This document shows, in pieces, positions 26,178 to 37,899 of a stretch of 64,000 nt of DNA. The position numbers and the translations under genes were made by a program. The stretch is from contig JAUCBJ010001154.1 in assembly GCA_032718475.1 (NCBI GenBank), positions 62,001 through 126,000 of the forward strand, written 5' to 3'. The DNA is from Nemertoderma westbladi (taxonomy: Eukaryota; Animalia; Xenacoelomorpha). Positions within the stretch are counted from its first letter, which is position 1; the number at the start of each line of letters is the position of its first letter. The notes beneath the pieces are model-generated. The model was not told the DNA's origin. It did not search any database and saw only the letters and a program-made list of their open reading frames with translations.

Positions 26178-26509
26178 TGGGGAGGTGGGAGAGGAAGGGG
26201 CATGTGTGACAAGGAATAAAGACGGGGGAGGTGGGAGAGGAAGGGGCGTGTGTGACAAGGAATAAAGACGGGGGAGGTGGGAGAGGAAGGGGCGTGTGTG
26301 ACAAGGAATAAAGACGGGGGAGGTGGGAGAGGAAGGGGCGTGTTTGACAAGAAATAAAGACGGGGGGGGGGGGGGGGGGGTGGGAGAGGAAGGGGCGTGT
26401 GTGACAAGGAATAAAGACGGGGGGTGGGAGAGGAAGGGGCGTGTGTGACAAGGAATAAAGACAGGGGAGGTGGGAGTGGAAGGGGTGTGTGTGACAAGGA
26501 ATAAAGACG
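26178..26509. repeat. G-rich 46-bp minisatellite, about 7 copies
   Basis: Unit GGGGGAGGTGGGAGAGGAAGGGGCGTGTGTGACAAGGAATAAAGAC. Confidence 0.93.
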
Positions 26510-27431
26510 CGATATTCTAGGATGCATTACGATGATGCTGATATGTAGAAGTATTTGATTTGATTTTTAGCAATAATTGGTACTTTTTTATTATGATTTT
26601 GCGATTAAAACAATGTTTTTTTTGGTGTAGTCATGGTAACTACTGTAGTTGTTAACTAACTAGTTATCTATTTATTTATTTTATGTACGTTTTTGAGACT
26701 CTCTTAATTAAATAAAAGGAATTTAGTATCTTAAATTCAATAATGGTGGTTATGATTTTCATGATGTGTCGTTTTGTTTCGCGATTTTATCTATTGTAAG
26801 CGTTTCCTTCCTGATATGTTCTACCGATATTTGAAACTTGAATTGTGTTGAGATTTCATTTCAATAAAAACGAAAACCAAAGATATCGGAATCAATATGC
26901 GTCGACGGCTATCCAATACTTTGAGCTAGAACCTTAGCGTCTCAGTATAAATGTTGTACATTCCATATTTTTAGTCTGCAATGTTTATATTCACTATTCA
27001 TACTCAGCTATGATTTATTTTATTTACTCGGAGGATAAAAAGAATCTCGGGTCGCAACATACAATCCCGCCTTTATTTAAAAATAACCACAGAGGAATAC
27101 ATTATCTTAGTATTATTATATGGATGTTATGTTATATTATTAATATCTGGAAGTTTGGAGTGGAGATTGTACTCTGACACGCTACTAGTTCGACATCTCG
27201 ACACCCCTGACCAAATTGTTTACTACATTTTTTTTATTTGAAGTGGAAATACTAGCCAGTATTGATGTCAGTTCAATCTCAGTAATTTCAGGTAGCTGGT
27301 GTTTTTCCTAGCTAGAAAATATATAATTGTGTAGTAAAAAATTTTATTAAAATTTAATATAAGAACAACATGATATAACCTACATCCTTGTAATTTTAAT
27401 TGGTTTACACACTTTAGTGATTATGTATTGT

Positions 27432-27677
27432 GGGGGAAACTGGACGCAATAAAAATTCATCCCTCTCCATGGGAAATTCGACGGAAATAACGGATGATTA
27501 CTCTCAAAAATAAAACTGTAACTTGTTCTAATGTGTTTAGTTTATTGTTTTGGTTAAAATAACGTGCCACTGTAACCTGCTCCTTTCCCTAAATTGAGAA
27601 TTTAACATTCAGGCGGGATATTAATTCGCCAAGGCGGGTTTTGCGTCCAGTTCCCCCCCCCCCCCCCCCCCTGTCTC
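27432..27677. mobile_element. Copy of the about 240-bp MITE
   Basis: GGGGGAAACTGGACGCAA ... TTGCGTCCAGTTCCCCC; interior homologous to 24450-24697. Confidence 0.75.
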
Positions 27678-28922
27678 ACGTAGCTAGTGTTTTTTTTATG
27701 ACAGATAATAATCAGTAATATTTCATAAAACCAAAATAACTATTTACATCATTGTGTACAAAGTAGCACTTTGCAGCGTATGATCCGAGTTTATTTATGT
27801 ACCGAGCGAGCGCAGCTAGGGAGGTTTACATAAATAAACAAGGGTCTTTAACGTTGAAAAGTGACCTTTGCACACAATGATGTATGTAATTTTGTTACAT
27901 TATGTCAACTTATGGGATGCTCAATTAAACATTTTAATCATGTACTTATTTGGAATATAAGTGAAATTTATTTACATTTATATCTAATTAAAGTTTATTG
28001 TTGTTATCTCCTGTATGGATGTGATAAATCATTAATCCATCTTGAATATAGTCGACTGAAGCAAACTTAGTCACCGTTTGTGTCCGTTCAGTTTTACTGA
28101 ACACTGTCGCCATTTTCTTTACTCATTTTCTCTAAAGTGTCTTCTATTGGACGTTTGCCATAATGGATTACACTACATGTTAAACAATTATTTACATACA
28201 GTAGCTAGTCCCGTCACTACATACTGGATAGGACAATAAAGCAGCACGCATTAATATAAATGGAAATAATACATTCTGGAATACGGTAATATGAAGTTGT
28301 TTCCAGGTCATTGATTACTTTGCAGCGTTCCGTCCTATACGCCGCAACGCTGCAAAGTGGTACCTTGCAGCGTTACGAGTAATTCATCAGAACGCTGATA
28401 AGTTGATAATGTAACAAAATATTATTTTATGACGAACAGTAGCTTCTTTTATATGGTACCGCACATTTCTAATGTTTTTTTATTGTTGTTAGCTTTTTTG
28501 GTTGTGTTGAAAATGAATTTAGCTAAATTGAAATGGAAAAAAATAGTTTAGAATAAGCAGAAAATGAAAATAAAATAAAAAAAATATTTTTTAATAATAT
28601 TTTCTAAATAACTAGTCTTTTAAAAAATAGTACCTAGCTTGGACAATAGTATGTTGATGGATTGTAGACCATATGTTCGAGAACATAAAATATATAAAAA
28701 TCATGGAAACTTTAGTTAGTGGAAAACAATTTGATGGAGGTGTGTCTACATGACGAAGTAGTACCCATTGACACACACATATCAGGGGGTGTCTACATGA
28801 CGAAGTAGTACCATTGGCACACACATATGAATGGGGCGGAGTGTTTTAGTAATTTACATCATTAAAATTAAAATTAAAAACACATCATTATATTTTACTA
28901 CTCTGTGTTTATTGTCCTAATA

Positions 28923-29228
28923 ATGGGGAACTGCTTGGGTGGAGAAGGGCAGTTTGTAGTCAATGATGATGGCAGTGTTTCGAAGCGAAAGGGACTTTGT
29001 TGCAGCTGGAAGAGAACATTGAAATACGAAAATTACGATGGAGATATGGATGGTGGAGTTGGGCCCTACTCCCTGTATCCCAACAATAAAGCATCGGATT
29101 TCTGTCGCTGTCCGTACAAGGTTCCAATAAAGAGATGTACCTGCATCCCTCATGGCTATCACCAAGGAATAGCGGGTCATTACAATTACCCAACCCCGCA
29201 GTATTATCCTATGCATTACAGTAATTAA
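28923..29228 (+). CDS. Small (101 aa) Cys/Tyr/Gly-rich hypothetical protein with an MGNC N-terminus
   Basis: Non-repetitive, GC-richer ORF between AT-rich flanks; MGNCLG fits a myristoylation plus palmitoylation signal. No homolog recognised. Confidence 0.55.
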   Translation: MGNCLGGEGQFVVNDDGSVSKRKGLCCSWKRTLKYENYDGDMDGGVGPYSLYPNNKASDFCRCPYKVPIKRCTCIPHGYHQGIAGHYNYPTPQYYPMHYSN

Positions 29229-31425
29229 TCTTATGATCACGATAAAACTATTTAAATTTACATTCAAAAAATCATTACGCTGAAGCTTATTTATAGGCTA
29301 TATATTTTTTACTAATACGTCATATACGACATGACCCACTCCAGGTCATGACCAATTGTTATTGAAGTCCGACAAGCACTTTCTCTGGATTTAGGTCCAG
29401 TTCTGGTATAAACACTAATATCTGGAATCTAAGAGCTCTCTAATTTCAGACAGTTTTCATTCTAGGCACATGGATTTTCATAAAATATAAGTTTGGGAAA
29501 TTCTACTTTTTATTTTTAAACTGCTGAACAGAATAAAAATAGTGGTTTAGATTTCATAAGCAATAATTTTTCAAATTTTGATTTTCGTCATACTCATAAC
29601 CATGGCAACGGGATTGTAAACAAATTCAAATAATATTTTGATAGACTTTTATATGGGCTGTCCTTTACTCACCTGCTGTACTTATTAAGATAAGAATAGA
29701 ACTTACGTAGTCTTCAATAGGCGCGTAAATCCTGAACTTTGCACCTGGGTTACCTTTGCAGCAACAATCTAAAAATTCTAGAAACACATTTAAATATATT
29801 TCTACTGAACCTTAGCTTTTATATCCAACTCACAAATTTGTATCCCCGAAGTGACGAATACAATTTTATTAAAATAGTGTCGAAAATACTGAATAACCAC
29901 CCTTCCCTAGGCCAGAGATATTTTATTACATCTCGGCATAATTTCTTGTTTCGACCCTATCGTAAAGTCCAATTCAACGTGGGAATGTTGCAATACCGAC
30001 TCGTTTTTAATCAAGCCTGACTCCAGAGCGCACGGAAAACGGAACGGCTAGGTGTTTAATCAGAACCGAATCTTTAATTAAGGGTATGAATGCCCTTTCT
30101 GTTTGTTGTTACGTGTGATTAGTTGTGCAGTAGAGCATAATATTTCCTTATGTATGTTACCGGTTACCGCAGTAATCAGCAATTTTAATCTCCGACGGCT
30201 GATCAGTTCCGTGGCAGGAAATGACAAAAACCTTGCGATTCGTAAAATAGAAAGTTAGTTTATATGTTATAGGTAAGGACAACACTTTACTGTAGTAATA
30301 GAGTTGTTCTTGGTAATAACAGAAATATATTACAGCAATATTATTTGTTATTTAAATTTAAAGCACTTTAAGTATCATTCTTAAGAATCTGTGTCAGATA
30401 TAAAACTTCGTAGACCTTTGATGATAAGTTTGTAATACTTTGTATGTCCCAGATTAGTCTTTGTCTCTCAGAAAAGGTTGATATGAGATATGATTCTCGG
30501 AAAAATTCCACTCACCTGATATTTAATGCCATTACAGTATTATATACTTGAGTTGCAAGCTATTAGGATATAGGACATGTGATTACTTCAGGGCCACCTA
30601 TCGATATTTCATGTAATCCATGGGACTTCATAGTATTACTGTACTTGATATTTTCTATTTTACTTGAGAATTAATGTTTCTGTATTTCTATTTTTTACTA
30701 TAGTATTATTTGGTATTTTCAGTTTTTACATTCAGGTTTCGAGTTCGTGCTATTACTTTCAGATCTCATGCGTTTACTATGTACTATTGTTATAGTTTCT
30801 GTACTAGTACTAGTACTAGTATTATGCAGCTAAGTTGCTGTTGTTGGTATTATGCTGCACATGGTTCTTTCCATTTTGGTCTTCACCATTATTTCATATT
30901 TAAGAAATGCACTGAGGTATCCCGAATGGGTAGCACATGCTGTATGGCTGTCAGCTCCGGTCAGGATTCTGCTGTAAGAGCCATCTGCGATCTGAGATTT
31001 TTGCTAATTAAACTGGGACCTGGCAGTATTGTACTGTACCAGGTTATCCGCGCTGTACTGTATATTGGCAGTATATCTGATACATTAGCGCGACCCGTTT
31101 AAGCACTCTGACTGCATATAAGCTTTGGTGATGGGGGAATGAAAGAGCCGCTACCTCTCCACTTACATTAACTCAGTTTCTCCACTTAACAGTCACCGTG
31201 ATATCATAACGGCTTGAAATGTATATAACCTTCCCTTTTTTGATAAAGTTTTATTCCAAATATTCCACCTCTCATTCAGCATCGATAATTTTAGTCATTT
31301 ATGTCTTAATATACCAAATATAAGTAAATAATAATAACAACTATTTTTTTAGAACATCATCAATATCCGCGCATTATATGAAAGAATACATTTTTGTATG
31401 AATTTTTAATAGAAAACACTTTAAA

Positions 31426-31564
31426 AATGGTCTAAGATAGGGAGGGGTGCACCGGAAATGGTCTAAGATAGGGGTGCACCGGAAATGGTCTAAGATAGGG
31501 GTGCACCGAAAATGGTCTAAGATAGGGGTGCACCGGAAATGGTCTAAGATAGGGGTGCACAGGA
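31426..31564. repeat. 27-bp tandem repeat (5 copies) of the TSD-TIR junction
   Basis: Unit AATGGTCTAAGATAGGGGTGCACCGGA. Confidence 0.9.
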
Positions 31565-32291
31565 TATCCCGCGGATTTTGGGCAAAATCTTCTATCCGGT
31601 AATCCGGCCCGATAAATGCGGAATCTGCCGTATAATTTGTATAGTCAATTATTTGTATAACTTTTATTATTAATACTCACGCTTTCTTTTAAGTAATTTT
31701 AATTTAATACTCAGCTGACAAAAATATGTTCATGACAAGTTTACTGCATGTTCTAAAATAAATATATTCTTTAAATATTATAATATTATCAAGATCAACT
31801 CAATCAACCAATATATAATATATGAAATCAACTCAAATCAACATATCATATCAAATCAACTCAAACTCATATCAATTGAAATTAATTTCAAACTTTATCA
31901 AGTTATGGTAAATAAAGACGAGCTCTTCACCCCCTCTTGGGAAGAAGACGACTCCTCTTCTCATCTAGAATGTCTCCATATACTCGGAGAGCATTGCCTC
32001 CGAGAAGATACGTGATCCTGAAGTTAGGTGGCGCCAATCCCAATGTACCGATACTTTATACAAATATTTGAGAAGCAAAGCTTCGATTTATCTTCCATTG
32101 GCAATGATTAAGCCTACAGAATTAGGGCACAAACAGCTATCGCAATGCAGCTTAGTCACTTAAGCTCTGGTGACAAGGCAATAAAGGCTCTATAAATAAG
32201 TCAATGAGTAGAACCTGGACTATCCGGCCGGATATCCTCAACTCATAATTCTACCGGATATCCATCCGAAGTGCTATCCGGTGCTCCCCTA
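31550..32291. mobile_element. hAT-like MITE
   Basis: TIR TAGGGGTGCAC(C/A)GGATA / TATCCGGTGCTCCCCTA; perfect 8-bp TSD GTCTAAGA. Confidence 0.85.
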
Positions 32292-33102
32292 GTCTAAGAC
32301 ATGTTCTTTGCTTAATGCGCTATTAATTGAAATCTACTCAACCCCCTGTGGTATTGAAATAGTTTTGTATGCGACTTAATGTGATTAATGTGATTATTAA
32401 GGTGTCCTTACGAGATACCTCCACCTCCTAGTCTTATGGTGTAATTAAATATCGTAATTGTGATAATATTATTTCAAACAAGTTGTACCTTTTTAATTGA
32501 GTGATAATATTACCCTATTTTCTCCTGCGAGATGTACACCCAGAGATACGAATGTGGGCCTGTCATAATCTATTGGCGGATGGCGACTTACCATAACACA
32601 GCGCTCCTACCTACAAACGCTATCCCATGGGTGCACTTGGAACGACCGAGAGATTTCCCTGAGGACTTCTGTATACTCAGTGTGGCTAAAGGTGGAAGGC
32701 CTCACGTACAACGCAAGGACGTTCTAGGGCATCTATTAGCGAGCAATGACAATAGAACAATAGCAAACTGAAACATCGAACTTCACCTTGGCTTTAATAA
32801 TTGATTAAGTAACTCCAAAATTTACGTTCTTGTTTGAAATGGATGCCGGGATGAAAAGGACAGAACCCAACGATATGTGGGATTTACTAAATTAATATTT
32901 CCATCGCGTGGTTGTTTTAATTCGCAAGGTTTGCAAAGCGGTTTTATATTTCAATCCACCTATATTTTTAGGTGGAGTGTACATCTGAATCTCAAAAATA
33001 TCATATACCACAATACCAGACCCAATAAAAATCCTTCTAACCATATTTCACTAAATCGTGAGGCTTGTAATGGCAGGAGCTGCAGGGGCATCGTAGGAAC
33101 GA

Positions 33103-33203
33103 GGTGGTGCCATACAGTGGATGGTGCCATACAGAGTGGATGGTGCCATACAGTGGATGGTGCCATACAGTGGATGGTGCCTTACAGTGGATGGTGCCAT
33201 ACA
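33103..33203. repeat. 17-bp tandem repeat, about 6 copies
   Basis: Unit TGGATGGTGCCATACAG. Confidence 0.9.
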
Positions 33204-33299
33204 GCATACATAATCTTGCGTCTCGTCTGAGAGTAAATATGATTGTAAACTAGATCGGCGTAGGGACGACCAGGTTGATAAGGTTCATTAGTTGGCTGG

Positions 33300-34157
33300 A
33301 ATCCATGCGGAACTCATACTAAGAGATCCATGTGGAACTCATACTAAGGGATCCATGTGGAACTCATATTAAGAGATCCATGTGGAACTCATACTAAGAG
33401 ATCCATGTGGAACTCATACTAAGGGATCCATGTAGGACTCATTCTAAGAGATCCATGTGGAACTCATACTAAGGGATCCATGTTGAACTCATACTAAGGG
33501 ATCCATGTGGAACTCATACTAAGGGATCCATGTGGAACTCATACTAAGGGATCCATGTGGAACTCATACAAAGGGATCCTTATGGAACTCATACTAAGGG
33601 ATCCATGTTGAACTCATACTAAGGGATCCATGTGGAACTCATACTAAGGGATCCATGTGGAACTCATACTAAGGGATCCATGTGGAACTCATACTAAGGG
33701 ATCCTTATGGAACTCATACTAAGGGATCCATGTGGAACTCATACTAAGGGATCCATGTTGAACTCATACTAAGGGATCCATGTGGAAGTCATACTAAGGG
33801 ATCCGTGTGGAACTCATACTAAGGGATCCATGTTGAACTCATACTAAGGATCCATGTGGAACTCATACTAAGGGATCCTTATGGAACTCATACTAAGGGA
33901 TCCATGTGGAACTCATACTAAGGGATCCATGTTGAACTCATACTAAGGGATCCATGTGGAACTCATACTAAGGGATCCTTATGGAACTCATACTAAGGGA
34001 TCCATGTGGAACTCATACTAAGGGATCCATGTTGAACTCATAATAAGGGATCCATGTGGAAGTCATACTAAGGGATCCATGTGGAACTCATACTAAGGGA
34101 TCCATGTGGGACTCATACTAAGGGATCCTTATGCAACTCATACTAAGGGATCCATGT
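33300..34157. repeat. 25-bp minisatellite, about 34 copies
   Basis: Unit GGGATCCATGTGGAACTCATACTAA. Confidence 0.96.
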
Positions 34158-34415
34158 CATTACGGGTGTCACTACGGGCACCACTACGGGTGTCACTACG
34201 GCTACCTACTACGGGTACCGATTTCAGACTTTTGACAGACTACATGTGTACCATGATTATTGATAGTAACAATGTGTTGGCAAGCTGTATTTTTCGAGGT
34301 GTTTGTTATTATACATTTATTATAAGAAGGGATCTAGACTATCAATAATCAAAAATCAGGGGCTAATAAAATGGCAGCTGTCTTTGAAATTAATACTCCA
34401 TATCTCAAGAACCTG

Positions 34416-34468
34416 TGGCCTAGTGGTTGTAGTCTCGGCTTCCGCCTCGAGGTCCCAGGTTCGAATCC
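34416..34468 (+). promoter_or_regulatory. tRNA-derived internal Pol III promoter (A box and B box)
   Basis: A box TGGCCTAGTGG 34416-34426; B box GGTTCGAATCC 34458-34468; anticodon-arm-like hairpin with CTTCC loop between them; no proper acceptor stem. Confidence 0.8.
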
Positions 34469-34471
34469 GAC

Positions 34472-34514
34472 ACCACGCTGATGAGACCCAGTAAGGTCGA
34501 AACGCGTACGTGGT
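34472..34514 (+). ncRNA. Type I hammerhead ribozyme (predicted cleavage after GUA, 34508)
   Basis: ACCACG/CGTGGT stem I, CTGATGA, GACC/GGTC stem II, GAAAC, ACGCGT palindromic stem III. Confidence 0.9.
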
Positions 34515-36303
34515 TTGGAGAGATATGAGATATTAATTTCAAGAAAAAATTACGCGATTCCTAAATTTGTACACTACCCGGTTAAAAAGTACGCATGTGA
34601 TGGGATTAGTCCTACAATTGCGCACAAAAGATAAGTTATTTTCGGTAAACTAAACTTATCATTCGAGGTTAAGACCCCTAGATCCCTTCTTATAATAACA
34701 TGTGTACCAAGTTCGGTTTATTTACGTGGACGGACTGACGGACAGACAGACTGATAGACCGCTCGACGAACAATGTTAGAAACATCGGACCCCGCATTCA
34801 TAGATTACCACGGTATATAAGTCTTGGATGTGTCTATGATTGGCCCCTATAGGGATCCATAAATGTTTTTTCTTTATGAAATAATGAAACTTTTTCCGAA
34901 ATGTAAAAAAGTTACCTTTTTTTAATAATATGTACTAATAAATAACTTTGTATAACTAACACACATTGGTATATTATAAATTATTTAAATATATTATACA
35001 ACACAGTTGCTCTTAGTCATAAATACTGCAGCAAAATGATTATCATCTTATTATTACTATGGTAACTATACTCTGAGCCAAAAGTAAACGTACTACTTAT
35101 TAGCTCTGTTGATTAATTAAAGGAAAGGACCAGGTTACAGCGGCACGTTATTTTAACCAAAACAATAATGGACGTGATACTACGTAAACTTTTGGCTCAT
35201 AATAATATTGAATATAATATATACTGTAGTGTTAATTTAATATATTATGCACTAATATGCTTCGAGAATATAGTTTTACATTGTACAGTAGTTGTGTAAC
35301 TTCGAAACAATTAGACAAAGCAATTAGTTGTTTTTGAACAATCTGCTAGCAGCAACGTTTTTTTATAAATATCACTATACACATTTTAATAGCTGACATT
35401 ATAATATTATATATGGGAAAAAACACTAAATTCAGATAGACAACCGCTTAGCTCGACATTAAATAATAAATTGCACATACTATATCATACCAAGCTACTC
35501 TACAGAGATTGTCGAAGCCAACTTCATAAGAAAACAAATACGTAAACATTCATTACCATTTAGTTTATCTGTCGTTTGTTTTTGATGGATGAAACACAAA
35601 ATATGAAAAAATAACTATGTTTTTAGACCACTTTTATTAAAACTACCAACAACTGCACCTACATCGCGACGACGACGATATGGTTGGTTTTATTAACAAT
35701 CTTGTAACAATATGCAAATAGCATTTTACTGGGGGGTCGGGTAGCGCCCCCAAATACAACTTTTCATTGTGACGTTTCCGCAGCCTAAAATTGAGTGAAA
35801 ATTGAAGTTAGTGCTACCAAATATCGTCTGGGGAGTTTAGGAATGGCCAAACCAATTTTTGTTGGGAGCCTTTTTGCTGGGCCTTATTCAAATGAAAATA
35901 TCGTGCTGCTCGAAGGCTTGTCAAAAAACAGAATAGCTTTTACGTTTTAACCAATAACTCTATAGTTTCAGAAATAGATATAGATAATAGATATGAGAAA
36001 TATGCTTGCAGATTTGAAATCGGCATTACATTCGGCACAGGATAGGATCATATTCAAAAATACGGGGTCGCTACCCCCCCCCCCCCCCCCCCCCTTAATT
36101 AAAGATTTTTCACTTTACAAATAGAGTCATCACATCAACTTCTAATTTTGTATTGCGCAACTTGTTTACTTACCGTAAAATAAAATAATATTCGTATAAT
36201 AACTGAACTACTGCACCTATTACATTACTTACACGTTGTAAGTAACAATCACTACTGCTTGTAATGTTGTTACTGTAGACTTACTGTATGAGTATACGTA
36301 GTA

Positions 36304-36767
36304 TCAATAGGCACAGGGTGTGTTGTGTTCCAGTTCGCCAGTCATCCAACCCAATTCTCCGTAAGTGTAACCGTGGTCTGGTCTCATTCCCGGCGCATTC
36401 ATTCCCCCAGGGGGCCCCAGTCGAGGGCCTTCCCCTATGCTGATGGGCCCACCCGGTAGACACGGCACTGTTGAGAGGTTCGGGTGAAGGTAGGGGGGCG
36501 CGTTCTGATTGGCTAATAGTTGTGGAGGAAGTACAGGGGAAAATCCCAAGGGGAAACAATTGGAGGGGGCGCTAGCCATTCGGTTGCAGAAGTACTGATC
36601 GGGGGAGGGGAATATTGCGTCCACTGGGACGGCGTTAGTGGTGGAAGGCGACACATTGTGATGGCCAATAGTTGATACCGATAAGTCGGCGCTAGGAGGC
36701 GTACTACATTCGGATGGCGACATATTGTGTTGTAACTTGTTGCCATTATTGTTGTTTTCCATTGAAG
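36304..36767 (-). CDS. LHX3: LIM/homeobox Lhx3/4, last exon (Pro/Ser-rich C-terminus)
   Basis: Acceptor TTTTATTTTCAG phase 1, in frame with the 152-aa ORF, ends W..ELEH..CAY*. Confidence 0.8.
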
Positions 36768-36831
36768 CTGAAAATAAAAAGAAAAAAAATGAATCATTCG
36801 TGGTACAAACCAGAATTATATTTTACAAGAG

Positions 36832-36966
36832 TAATGGTAAACTGTAATGGTAATGGTAAACTGTAATGGTAATGGTTAACTGTAATGCCGTAATGGTAAT
36901 GGTAAACTGTAATGGTAATGGTAAACTATAATGGTAATGGTAAGCTGTAATGGTAATGGTAAACTG
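36832..36966. repeat. (GTAATG)n/GTAAACT low-complexity repeat in an Lhx3/4 intron
   Basis: Directly visible tandem motifs. Confidence 0.85.
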
Positions 36967-37016
36967 TCTGCTTTCAATTTATACATTCAATGAGTTTATT
37001 TATATGATTTACTTAC

Positions 37017-37151
37017 AGTCAAACTCTCCGGAGAAACAACTCAACGGAGATGATGGCGGCGAATCCATATTGTCGAGAATATCGCTTCGGTTCATTATTC
37101 TAGAACGCTTAGATGGGCGGGAAATACCGTGGTGCGTAAATGAATTAGCGC
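37017..37151 (-). CDS. LHX3: Lhx3/4, post-homeodomain exon
   Basis: 135-nt open exon between TTTAAG and GTAAGT, phase 1-1, compatible with both neighbours. Confidence 0.75.
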
Positions 37152-37268
37152 CTTAAATAAATATTAATGTTTTGGTTGTATTTGTAGATATAGATGATAT
37201 ACGTAATATAATGAAAATAAAAAAACAATTACTTATTGATGGATTAAATGTAAATTGTAATTAATTTA

Positions 37269-37610
<342 letters not shown>

Positions 37611-37696
37611 TTAGTAAACTTATTGTTGCAAAGCATGGATTTATAATTCTAATAAATCAATGATCCGTATGTATATGTAAGCAGCTGGTTTATTAC

Positions 37697-37899
37697 CTCT
37701 TTGCCTCGCCAATTCGTAGTCAGCTTTGCACATTAGTTTATTATCCTCCATTAGGTAGAACTCGTCCCCAGTTGCCAACTCGCGTCGACACAGCACGCAC
37801 ACGAAACAGTCGAGATGGTAGGTCTTATCCTGAGCCCGTCGGACTATCTCCGTAGATGGGATCCCTTTATCGCAACCGGCGCAACGCGTACCAAACCGA
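37697..37899 (-). CDS. LHX3: Lhx3/4, LIM2 exon (missing from the ORF track)
   Basis: Hand translation RFGTRCAGCDKGIPSTEIVRRAQDKTYHLDCFVCVLCRRELATGDEFYLMEDNKLMCKADYELARQR; AG/GT boundaries, phase 2-1. Confidence 0.96.

Larger units (their letters stand above)
34254..34697 (+). mobile_element. Retrozyme-like element, second insertion, with a 5' inversion
   Basis: 12-bp TSD ACATGTGTACCA (34242-34253, 34698-34709); 34254-34337 is inverted relative to 34338-34697; homologous to the 413-bp unit. Confidence 0.88.

Noticed and set aside
34408-34478. Functional tRNA gene
   Set aside because: Has A/B boxes and arms but no paired acceptor stem; the 3' side runs into the hammerhead. The head at 42978 is likewise part of a SINE.
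35730-36095. GGGTAGCGCCCC / GGGGTCGCTACCC inverted ends
   Set aside because: Short imperfect match next to homopolymer runs, and no TSD could be established.
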